Positions 26,775 to 37,838 of a DNA stretch of 64,000 bases are shown one piece after another. The translations under genes were made by a program, and so were the position numbers. The stretch's first letter is position 1, and each line of letters begins with the position of its first letter. Below the pieces are notes generated by a model. It was not told the DNA's origin, ran no database searches, and saw nothing but the letters and a program-made list of their open reading frames with translations. Source of the DNA: Paraphysomonas bandaiensis (lineage: Eukaryota > Protista > Chrysophyceae); NCBI GenBank assembly GCA_965644295.1, contig CBFFRP010000133.1, forward strand, positions 248,001 through 312,000, in the 5' to 3' direction.

Positions 26775-27244
26775 CAGAGCAAAGGTAGGGTGAGGTCGGT
26801 GCCAGTGGTGTTTACACGCAGTTCCTGTAAGTACGAAGTCATGTATGTACAGCTAGCTGCAGTGTATCATCATGTCATCTCTATCTAGAGGGGTTTACGG
26901 GTGCACACTATTATGCGTTTTTTATCTATAAAAACTAGTTTTTTTCTGATATTGGACCTATATTTCCTGGTTTTAGTTGAACTCGAATAATTCTGGAATA
27001 TTATGAACCTGCTGTCCGTATGTGTACGCAAGTGCAGCGATTGCACTGGACTCTTACGACCTCCTCCAGTACCCTGCAATCTCCCTTCGCTCATATCTGC
27101 CCCCAGCATGTGGATAGATATCACCCCATTAGTCGTTGTAGGCAGCTTGATATATCACTTGCTCAGTCTTAGCTACCCCCCCCCTCATCATCCATCTCTC
27201 GTCTCCGTGCCTTCTTCATGTAGCCTGCTCTCTGTACCCCAGAC

Positions 27245-28282
27245 ATGAACTCCCATAACGTCTATCTGTGCTGGTTGATCCCGTGTATCTTATCGTTCAT
27301 CTCCTCTTTTGCTCTCATATGCAATGTCCTTCTCACTCCCGGATGCAGAGGGCAATATTTCCAGCAAGTGTCTGCGCTGTTAGCTCTCGCAGATATGATT
27401 CAAACAAGTGCCAGCTTTCCCGGTAATTATGGTAAGCCCGAGTCTCCCTATCTGCTCTGCTGCATAGAGAATTATATGCTTCAAATAGGAGTTATTTACA
27501 AACTGTCTATTGTGGTGGTTATGTGTGCTGTGTCCATGTTTATTATTCTTGAACTTCGGATCCCGGACAAGAAGGGGACTTATCTCATGTCGAGTTTAGC
27601 TTTCGCGACGATACTGTTGAGTATATCTGTCTATTTTCAAACCGCGAATGTATATTGTCATAATGAGGAGTTCCATTATTCGGATGCGTCAAAGAAAGAG
27701 CGCATGTCAGCACTGATATTGTACTGTCTAGTATTTTTCCCATTGTACATTTCGATCACAGCATTAGGCATCTTCTGCATCGTAATGGATCGGAAATTCT
27801 CTCAAATGACTGCAACCTTAACTCCTGGAATGAGATCTCTACTACTTCGCTTCAAACTGTTTCCTATCTTATTTGTTTTGTGTTTCTTTCCTGGTACACT
27901 CGAACTTATTCTCTTCTCTGTGGCCAACAAGCGTTATATTGCCATACACATGCTGTCAGGAGTAAGTGTTTCGATAAATGGATTTACCATTGCAGTGTCT
28001 TATTTTTACTACCAGAGATCATACCCAGGAATCATTACTTCATTTTTTAAATGTACCAGCTCATTATCGACACATTTAAGTGCCAGGTCCTCTGTGCTTT
28101 CGCCCTCAATGGGTTGCGATTCCGATATTCACTCGTCATTTGCAGATGGTGTCAACAGTCATGTGTTAGATACCAATATTTCTGGTGATGAGTTTTTATC
28201 TGAAGATACACCAGTAGATCACACAGTATACTCTCCTTATTTAATGAAATTTAGTGACGGAAGTAAGGGCTCATTCAATTAG
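27245..28282 (+). CDS. 7TM GPCR, cAMP-receptor/GCR1-like, intronless
   Basis: About seven hydrophobic helices, LALADM in TM2, Cys at the top of TM3 and in EL2, RFKLFPILFVLCFFP in TM6, NGF in TM7, Ser-rich tail. Confidence 0.8.
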   Translation: MNSHNVYLCWLIPCILSFISSFALICNVLLTPGCRGQYFQQVSALLALADMIQTSASFPGNYGKPESPYLLCCIENYMLQIGVIYKLSIVVVMCAVSMFIILELRIPDKKGTYLMSSLAFATILLSISVYFQTANVYCHNEEFHYSDASKKERMSALILYCLVFFPLYISITALGIFCIVMDRKFSQMTATLTPGMRSLLLRFKLFPILFVLCFFPGTLELILFSVANKRYIAIHMLSGVSVSINGFTIAVSYFYYQRSYPGIITSFFKCTSSLSTHLSARSSVLSPSMGCDSDIHSSFADGVNSHVLDTNISGDEFLSEDTPVDHTVYSPYLMKFSDGSKGSFN

Positions 28283-28891
28283 TTCACCGGGTATTGATTT
28301 TCGACTCAAGACAGCAACTTGAATGCCAGAATGAGTCATCAATGTATCATTGTTGTTTGTGTGTAATATGTGGTATTTAGATACCATATTTAGCTTATTA
28401 TACAATTGTGGAAGATTTTAATAATGCTAATATGATAGATATTGATAATCATCCTAACAGGGGTACTTTTTCTTTTGCATAGATAAAAATATGCTTAATT
28501 ATCGTTACTTACGACAACTATTGTTAAATTCTGAATTACATTGGATTAAGGATTAATGATATGTGCGTGGTAATATGCAATTGTGTTCCTAATTCGAAAT
28601 ATGTATTAATTAGATTTATTTACCAAGGCGAGCCCAAAACAGATATATACGAGTTACTAGAGGAATGTGGATTGTGGTCGAAGTAATTCTCAGTAAATTC
28701 GATAATCAGTTAGAAAAAAAAATTCATCTAAACTAACTACGCTTTTGAACGCAGAATTTATATCAATCACGACATGAGTATGAGCCCTACACACGAAACA
28801 AAGTCGGACTCGGACTTTTTTGTGGTGTTTTGGGGGATTAGTACCGGAGAAATTTCTCCGGGATATTAACGTGTGCCTCATATATTGTCAG

Positions 28892-29238
28892 TGTGTTAGC
28901 ATTGGACATTTCACTGAAGTTATCTTTGCTCTACACGTAAACGTTAATCTTGCTTGTTGAACACAATGCACTTTCAAGTAAGAAAGTAAAATTGTTAATC
29001 TAGCCACTTCACAACATCTGCATGTAACATCTGGTGAAACATCTGTTCTTAGCAACATCGGTTTATCATATGTTCACCAGTCACTCCTATATCTTATATA
29101 GTCACACATCAGTAACTGAATTTAATTCCTTGGTAACTATAATCACCGGTTACACGTACGAGTTGACTTCACCTATTGCACACTATCAACTCACTTCAAT
29201 TGCACAATATATACCACATCATATTGCAGAACTCAACA
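28892..29238 (+). mobile_element. Solo LTR family B nested in repeat A
   Basis: Similar to 13763-14108, ends CTCAACA, TSD GTCAG/GTTAG (one mismatch). Confidence 0.85.
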
Positions 29239-29408
29239 GTTAGCAGATTATTTTCTGCACAATCATAGCCAAATGCTTGTGTGGTACAAGGGACACTAAT
29301 ATACGTGTGACATGTGTAGAAGTCTTTGGGCCCTGACAAATGTGAAGCAACCGAGCTGTTCACGTTAAAAACTCAAAAATTCTGAAGTCATCAGATGCCC
29401 GGTATATC

Positions 29409-29701
29409 TGTTGAGATCTGAAGATTCTATATACTTGCAATGGAGTGCAGTATTATGTGAGATGCAAGGATCGAAAGATATATATGTAATTAGTACATTA
29501 TATTGTGTAGTATGAAACTGAAGTAGAAGTTGATGACTATACAGGACACGATCACTGAGTGTGTGGTTTGTACACTATAGTAGTAAATGAATGGTGTTGA
29601 ACACATCGAATACAACTTAGGTTCTTTATCATGTAATGATTATAATTTCATCTTATCAATTGAAGATAGCAAACCTTAGCAAATAATGTAAACTTCTGTT
29701 A
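29409..29701. mobile_element. LTR-like insertion (293 bp) nested in repeat A
   Basis: Starts TGTTGAG, flanked by 5-bp TSD ATATC (29404-29408 and 29702-29706), absent from other A copies. Confidence 0.7.
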
Positions 29702-30080
29702 ATATCAACATTCTGCTTGTTGCTCACCGCGTTTTTGCTTTGAGTGATAGAGCAAAAGCTGTTGGACCTTGGTGCTTGCGGTGACGCACAAGCAGCTTAG
29801 TAGTAGGATAATTGAGTTTGTACTAGTTAGCAAAATAATTACTAAATTAGTTCTGAATCTTACATGCTCATTGTTAATAACAAGACATTTACTTCTGCAG
29901 TATACGATAGCGTGATTACTGTACAGTTACTATTGATGAATTGTCACTAAGCCCTACTGTACATTAAAACTCCAAATTAACTTAGAAGTACGTACTAACT
30001 TAAAATTAAAAAATAACACTGTGCTAAACCATAATCTGTTTCACAGTGTAATGTATATTCTACGATACATCAATGCTGTA

Positions 30081-32513
30081 TCACGACATTGAGATTATGA
30101 TAAAAACAACAGCTGTAAGTGCCAAAAGTCCGACCACGAGATGGTAAAAAGCTATCTTTAGGTCGCGATTAGGATCTTTGGATGCGGAGTTGTTGCGCTC
30201 CAAGTGCAGCGCGACTACATGGCCTCTTGTTCCCGCATTGATATGTTCACACTCGAGCTTCAATGTGCCCCATATACAACGCCTGCACAGCTCAAAAGTT
30301 GCTAAGAAGGGGCCCAATTGATCTCCCAAGGAATAGGAAAACGGAGATCCCGATGTACCCTGTCGATATGCAATAAAACAACAAACAAGTACACGCGGCA
30401 ATTAACACGCAAGTACGACTGACTAGCAAGACGAGTGCTGTCCACATCTATGCATTTTACAGTAACGCAATAATTAAAATAAGCCTACCTGCGGTATAAG
30501 GGAGAGTGTCCACATTGCTCTCAGTACCAAGTCCAGCACAATGGCAACATAGTAATACACAGTACTTTTCTTGTACATCAGGTTTCGTCGTAGGAACACA
30601 TGACTACCCAACTTACTCCAGTTGAGTGTAAATAAATCACTCCAGGTGGGCATAATTTGCATCAACCCCCAATCATTATATACATCCCAGTAAAACTGGT
30701 ACAGAGTCGTGCAAACTAAAAATATAATAAACACAACCTTGTATATAATCAGACCCGCAGTGGACGCATGCTCCTGCAACGGGTGGGCGAGACCTAAAAA
30801 TACAACTATCATACCCATTAAGTACTTCAGGGCATTGTAGGAATGCGGCCAAACTATGTATTTCATTTCAGCTGTCTTGAGAGACGTGTCATACACACGC
30901 CTCAGACACTGAGCAAACCGAAACCAGAGAGGAAGAATAGCAAGAAGCCCTGTAATTACGGACATATACCCTCGGTCACAAGTCCCAAAGGTGTGTAATG
31001 AGCTCGATTCATCGTCATACGCACCGCTAATAATATAGCACGCAGCGAATGCGCAGTTACTAAACACCTTAATACAGGATGTCATCACATCTGCAGTGTA
31101 ATTTTCACGCAAAGTTACAGAACTGAAGGGTGATGTAATGATGCGAAATATGACGGATGGTGAATACAAGCGATGAGAAGCATGATGCCTCTGCTGCACA
31201 GCATGCACCACGCCGTACAATATATACATTAATGCCAACCCCAACGGGAAATAGTGCGGGGCAACGCTCGTGTATAAATGATTTCTGCGCGCTTTATAAT
31301 ATAATATTAAATTCGCCAAATATATCATGCTTATATATGATGCTTCAGTAAATATTTCATGAGGACTTGGGGAATGGTCGGAATTCAAATCCAAAAGCAC
31401 CAAGTAGTTCACATGGGACCGTTCCCACAAATATACGTTAATGCCCCACAGCCAATCATATACAACTAAATTGCCCAGGAATGAGTATAAGTATATCGCA
31501 GGGTCATTCCAGAGAGTTCGACCTTCACCAGGGTCCATGTATGCATCCCATACGAACCACAGGAGCAGAAGTGTAACGACTCCAATCTTGTATCCCAAAT
31601 ACCAAGAATCATGCTCCGTATGACCGCCTTTAGACATTCGGAGCTTCCCCTTCGCCTCAACAAGATCTCCATCACAACAAAAGTCCGCACATAGAGCAAT
31701 TGTTCGCTTGCGTACAATGTGCAACCGCGTGTTACTCTCCTGCACACACTCCCCAAAAGATGCAGGATAGACAGCAGAGTCCATTAGATTCGGAAAAAGG
31801 GGCTCAATATGATCAGCTCTAAGCTTGTCGTGTTTTTTTAGGATTTTAATACAAAGCATCACATTTAAAAAGGCAAATGACTCCAATTCATCTAACTTTT
31901 TATAGATGGATATATACGCACGCAACACAGACAATTCGCGGTCTTTCTTCTGTTTTCGAATAGCTTTGGAGAGGCCATCATTCGTTTCCATTGAAGAAAA
32001 AACGCCTTGCTCATTGGCCTTTTCTAATGATGCTGATAGTTGCTGCTCAAGATCGTCCAGTTTTTTATCATAGAAACTAGCCACACGTTTAACTTCGGCC
32101 AAAAACATAACTACGAATTTCGATTCCTCCCATCGTTTGGCTTTTTCTTTACGAGTTCCAGGATTATAAACATCTCTTTGCTTCTTGCTTTGGTCATCAA
32201 GTAGGTCCCCATTATTCTCCATGTCATCACTATCAGATTTTTCCCTTCCTTGTTTTTTGTGTCTGATTGCAGATCGAATGGTGCCCATAACATGCGCTGT
32301 GCTCTCTCCTGACACCGACAGGAAGTGATGCACCACTTCCCTATAGCTGCATGTAAACACAAGAACAAATTAATTGTTTCACTTCACGTACTTGGGCTTA
32401 TCGAAATCATAGTGCTCGTGCTGGAGGTAGCTCTTTAAAGTGTCGTACTCGAGGTAGCGAGCTGACCATTTTCTGATTAAATGAGCCTTAAAATTCTTGT
32501 CTAGTCGAACCAT
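30081..32513 (-). CDS. SPX-EXS phosphate exporter (PHO1/XPR1/SYG1 family)
   Basis: SPX: MVRLDK..WSARYLEYDTLK, EVKRVASFY, LN..KILKKHDK. EXS: ADVMTS, LPLWFRFAQCLRR, NALKY, YWDVYNDWGL, DLVLR, ELCRRCIW..LKLECEH. Confidence 0.95.
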
Positions 32514-32604
32514 ACCAGTGCAGGAGGAGAGTGAAGGCGAATGGTTCCCTATATATACGACCTAAACCGATCACAGTAACTTAACTGACTGCTTGATTTC
32601 ATGA

Positions 32605-32755
32605 CTGTGTGGTACATGGACTGGTACATAGACAGGTACATAGACTGGTACATAGACTGGTACATAGACAGGTACATAGACAGGTACATGGACTGGTACA
32701 TGGACTGGTAGACAGGTACATAGACAGGTACATGGTACATAGGCTGGTACATAGG
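32605..32755. repeat. 12-bp minisatellite (GAC[T/A]GGTACAT[A/G])n
   Basis: About a dozen imperfect units directly upstream of the SPX-EXS ATG. Confidence 0.9.
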
Positions 32756-33129
32756 CTGCTAGAGGGTGCAGTGTACCAGTGCAGACATAGTTTTCGTACC
32801 TGCGTACAAAAATTGTTGTACGCAAGTACATCCATGTACTGGTGTACTCAAGTATTCACATACTTCAGGAGTACAACTGGCTGTTTTTTTGAATTCGTAC
32901 ATGGACATGTTTATTGTGTCTTCTTGGGCATATCTATACATTCTTCATGTCAAAAACTCCTAATTTTAAAGAAAACTAGCTGAATATCAGATTTTCTATG
33001 TACTATCGGCTATAAATACACTACTTGGGGAGGATTTGCGACAAGACCGCCCAGAAACTAACACCACGTGAATAGAACCAAGTTATGAAGCCCCCAGCAG
33101 TATATACTTCTGATAGCAGATGACATAAC

Positions 33130-35893
33130 ATGGATATTGACAATAAGTCACAAGTAGAGAATGATATGAACAAAATACCCATGTCAGACACACCCACTGA
33201 TGTGATTAGTTTGTTCTCGTCTCACTCGGAAGTGTTCAGTGAAGGGGAGTGCAGGGCGACTCATACGAATACATGGTAACATAACTGCACACTATACATG
33301 CGTTTGTTTATCTTATATAGCCACAGTCCCTCTGCTGGTGGGAGTGATGTATCGCCCCTCTTGTCTCAGTCCTCTACTCAGGAGGAGACTCAGTCCTCTA
33401 CTCAGAAGTGGTCTCAGGAGTTGATCGAAGACGGCGTGATTATCGATTCGCTGCTGCTGTTGGCCCGCTCTGGTGAACGTGCCAGAAATGACAGTAAAGC
33501 TGTCGGGGCGACACCAGTCAGAGAGGATAACCGCCCAAAAAAGTTACCGAGGGTAGATGAAGGATTGTTTCGGAGAGACTATAAATATGACAGTGGACAT
33601 TATGTTATGAAGCAGATGTTACCTCCAGACGTACGAAGTAAGAATTATTCTGGAAGTGAGTTTAGAACTCGGAATAAAGTGATGTCAAGTAAATTACCAT
33701 CCGAATCTCTGCCGCCCTCGGAGGGGAGGTGTGAGGCTAGTGAGGTAATAAAGAAGGCATACATTGGATCGACTCTGCGTATAGAGCTCCCGGATATATG
33801 GTAATATATTACTAAATAAACTTTAAATACTCTAAGTGATGTGAACCATAGGTCCGTTCGTTCCCCATCGAATATATCATTGAACACAATTCATGGCAAT
33901 TATAAGGTGGATGCGGTAAGTGTAATGAGGACTCTCTCTCACTATGATATGTTTATCGTCTTCATAATTAGGAATATATTGATGTCGAATTTTTGCCGAA
34001 TGATGTTGCTGGGATTCGTCTGCATATCGCTAACTCCAGGAATAATGAATCATTGATTGGAGAAGAATTCGCTGTATCAATCATCAATTCGAAACATATC
34101 GATCCTGTCATACGTCGTCTAGTGGATCGGAAAATTGTTATTGAAAACTTGGATTGTAATGAGGAAACACAGTACGTAAAAGCCCCCGCTCCTCGTAATT
34201 ACAAGGAATTTATATTCAGTATTCGAGATACGGATAATTCAATTGTTGAAAATATCGAAGACGACGCTAATATTGAGATAATGCTATTGTTGGCCAACTC
34301 AGATGAACCTGTCATAAAGGACGGCAAAGCCGTCAAGGTGACCCTAGTCGGAGAGGATAACTATCCAAAAAGGATTGATAAAAGGAAAATTGAAGGGTTT
34401 TTTCTGAGAGAGTTTGCAAGTGGTAATGGTCGTTATGTTGTGAAACAAAAGTTATCCCCTAATGTTCTGAGTAAGAACTATTCTGGAAGTGAGTTTAAAA
34501 CTCGGATCAAAGTTACTGCTGGGAGTAAGGTGCTAACTGCTTATTCTGGTTCTTACATGGTTAAGTCGAGGGCCGAGCCCTCTGGCGTTGGTGATAAAAA
34601 GAAGAGGCTAATATGTCAATTTATGAAGGAGTTTAGAGACTGTCTCACTAAACTAGAAGTTTTGGATGGAACTGATGTTGCGAATTACGAAATGATATTC
34701 GCTAATATTAGACATGGGCTTTTGAAGCTCAAGGCACCTAGTTCATGGACTTCCTTAACACTTAGTAAGCCCTTCCTAAAGAACAACATTAGCGACAACA
34801 AATTGATGACAAGTAAATTACCATCCGAATCTCTGCCGCCCTCGGAGGGGAGGTGTGAGGCTAGTGAGGTAATAAAGAAGGCATACATTGGATCGACTCT
34901 GCGTATAGAGCTCCCGAATATATGGTAATATATTACTAAATAAACTTTAAATACTCTAAGTGATGTGAACCATAGGTCCGTTCGTTCCCCATCGAATATA
35001 TCATTGAACACAATTCATGGCAATTATAAGGTGGATGCGGTAAGTGTAATGAGGACTCTCTCTCACTGTGATATGTTTATCGTCTTCATAATTAGGAATA
35101 TATTGATGTCGAATTTTTGCCGAATGATGTTGCTGGGATTCGTCTGCATATCGCTAATTCCAGGAATAATGAATCATTGATTGGAGAAGAATTCGCTGTA
35201 TCAATCATCAATTCGAAACATATCGATCCTGTCATACGTCGTCTAGTGGATCGGAAAATTGCTATTGAAAACTTGGATTGTAATGAGGAAACACAATACG
35301 TAAAAGCCCCCGCTCCTCGTAATTACAAGGAATTTATATTCAGTATTCGAGATACGGATAATTCAATTGTTGAAAATATCGAAGACGACGCTAATATTGA
35401 GATAATGCTATTGTTGGCCAACTCAGATGAACCTGTCATAAAGGACGGCAAAGCCGTCAAGGTGACCCTAGTCGGAGAGGATAACTATCCTAAAAGGAGT
35501 CCCAGAGTAGACGAAGGGGTCTTACTGCGATACTTTAAAAGTAGCAGTGGTCGTTATGTTGTGAAACAAAAGTTACCTCCGGATGTTCTGAGTAAGAACT
35601 ATTCTGGAAGTGAGTTTAAAACTCGGATCAAAGTTACTGCTGGGAGTAAGGTGCTAACTGCTTATTCTGGTTCTTACATGGTTAAGTCGAGGGCCGAGCC
35701 CTCTGGCGTTGGTGATAAAAAGAAGAGGCTAATATGTCAATTTACGAAGGAGTATAAACATCTAATTGAAAACCTAGATATTTGTAGCAGTGCCAGTGTC
35801 GAGGATTATGCTGAGATTTTGGCAGATTTTCATAAGAATGTGTTGCTGGAAATTTCAACTTCTGCGTACAATCTCAATAATCAATTGCACTGA
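33130..35893 (+). CDS. Multi-exon protein with an internally repeated beta-rich domain, possibly p53/CudA-like DNA-binding fold
   Basis: The ORF pieces can be joined by GT-AG introns. A 1124-bp tandem duplication includes the introns. Repeated motif SKNYSGSEFKTRIKV..AYS..YMVKSR. The fold is an inference. Confidence 0.6.
33687..35750 (+). repeat. 1124-bp tandem duplication
   Basis: AAGTAAATTACCATCCGAATC at 33687 and 34811; ORFs 33993 and 35117 are offset by 1124. Confidence 0.95.
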
Positions 35894-36056
35894 AGATGAA
35901 TGTACTTAATGTATGAATTTAATATGATTTCTCTTTTGTTTCATTATAACCGTGTGTTCGAAATAGAAGTATCATTTCCACAGACCTAGGAAGCATATAT
36001 ATTATAGATCCCGCATGTTGATCAGGGCTGCGCAACAATTAATTGCAGATATATTA

Positions 36057-36800
36057 TTGAAAGACTTATTATTAGCAATAGGTGTTAAGAATCAGCACCA
36101 GCTTAGTAGCTAGATGAAAACTAGTTAAGCTAGATAGACGTCTACATGTTACTAACTAGTGCTAACTCTGATGTCCTACTATTTAACGCTACGAAAACTA
36201 CTTGTGCGTCACCGCAAGCACCCAGGTGCAACTACTTTTGCTCTATCACTCAAAGCAACAAGCAGAATGTTGATATACCTGATATCTGCTGAAATGTTGA
36301 TAGATATAGTGTCGCATAAAACGTGAGCATAGAAGGTATATATTATTATAATAGGACTTACGTATAAAAGGCAGTCACTTATCAAAGCCGGACTTCCACC
36401 TTTTCGTGGTATACTGGGGGATTACTATCGAACATATTTCTCCCGGAAACTAACATGAGCCGCAAAGATATTCAGAAGATAATTTTCTACCCACTCATAT
36501 ACTCAAATGCTTGTGTGGTACTTACACAAGCGACACTAATATATGTGTCACTTCTGTAGGCCCTGGTGATGAATAAACAGACATCCGAGTTATTGGGAAT
36601 GTACCGGGTTGTTCACGTTAAGGACTCGAACATCCTGAAGTCAACAGATGATAGGTATATATCAACATTCTGCTTGTTGCTCACTGCGTTTGCTTTGAGT
36701 GATAGAGCGCAAGTGGTTGCACCTTGGTGATTGCATTGACGCACAAGCAGCTTTCGTAGCGGTAAATAGTAGGACATCAGAGTTAAGCACTAGTTAGTAA
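36057..36800. mobile_element. Two family A fragments in opposite orientation, forming a ~120-bp inverted repeat
   Basis: ~36149-36275 is the reverse complement of ~36660-36800. Confidence 0.8.
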
Positions 36801-37838
36801 AATAATTGCAATGCTGAATTAGATATTCACATCGATAAAAGACAGTAACTGTGACATATATGCATATTCATAACATGAATGAAAATACAATGAATATCAT
36901 TGTCAAAACAATTCACATTCATTCAACACTAATCCTTTCGCACTCAACTACCCGTACATAGAGCTGCAATATTCTCTTGTGTGATTATATACTCGGTGAA
37001 ACTGGAAAATGACTTTGTGGTGAGATTACGACAGATGTCAAAACATCTTGCTAAAAAGTCGGGGTAATTCTAAAGCCTAAAAAAATGAATAAACCCTGGT
37101 CGACAAAGGGTATTACTATATGCACGATAAGAAGCTATAGATAATTCAACAGTGTGAATAATATTAATTATAATAATTTTGCCCACACTTTCCAACATAA
37201 TATTATTTTGCTTCAGCTCTAAAACAAAATAGTGTTGATGGAACGCTATCTAACGATAGTATTGTTTCCTACTTTATATGTCGCTTCTTGCCTCATAAAT
37301 AATACCTTAAAGGACCAGCCGCTATCACAAAGTTTGGAAAATAAGTTACGTCGCATGAACATTGTTTTCAGATTAATATATACCGGGAGGTGTTAACGGT
37401 AGTAGAGCCCAGTAATAAATGATGTCGTGATTTGAGTTTCTGATTATAAGCACCCTCAGCCATTTAAAATTAATCAGTTACAACTGAAACGTAATATCAA
37501 TACAACAATAACTACTGCATAAACAAAACACTGCGTGATATTAGTTTGCAGTGTGATATTCGTAGTTTCCCCCCTGTTTCACTAGGTTCCATCTCATATA
37601 AATATGGGAGGCAGAGCTCTCATCGGAAGCAACATCATACTTAGAAAATATCGTAAACAGATAATTTACGCACATACAAACCAAAAACCAAAACCCAAGT
37701 CCCACTTGAAGCTATTCGTATGTTATAAATTACTAAATCAGAAACACCAGGTGAAATTGACACAGCCACCATATAATCGCACATTTCACTACAATCATTC
37801 TAGCTAGGTATAATACTAGCACCTTCTCATACTTCGAT

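Larger units (their letters stand above)
28798..29830 (+). mobile_element. Family A repeat interrupted by two LTR insertions
   Basis: A-family sequence resumes exactly after each insertion (compare 36383-36800 and 57055-57640). Confidence 0.8.

Noticed and set aside
32549-32983. MYQS/VPVY/CTSL repeat ORFs
   Set aside because: They are translations of the 12-bp minisatellite in several frames.
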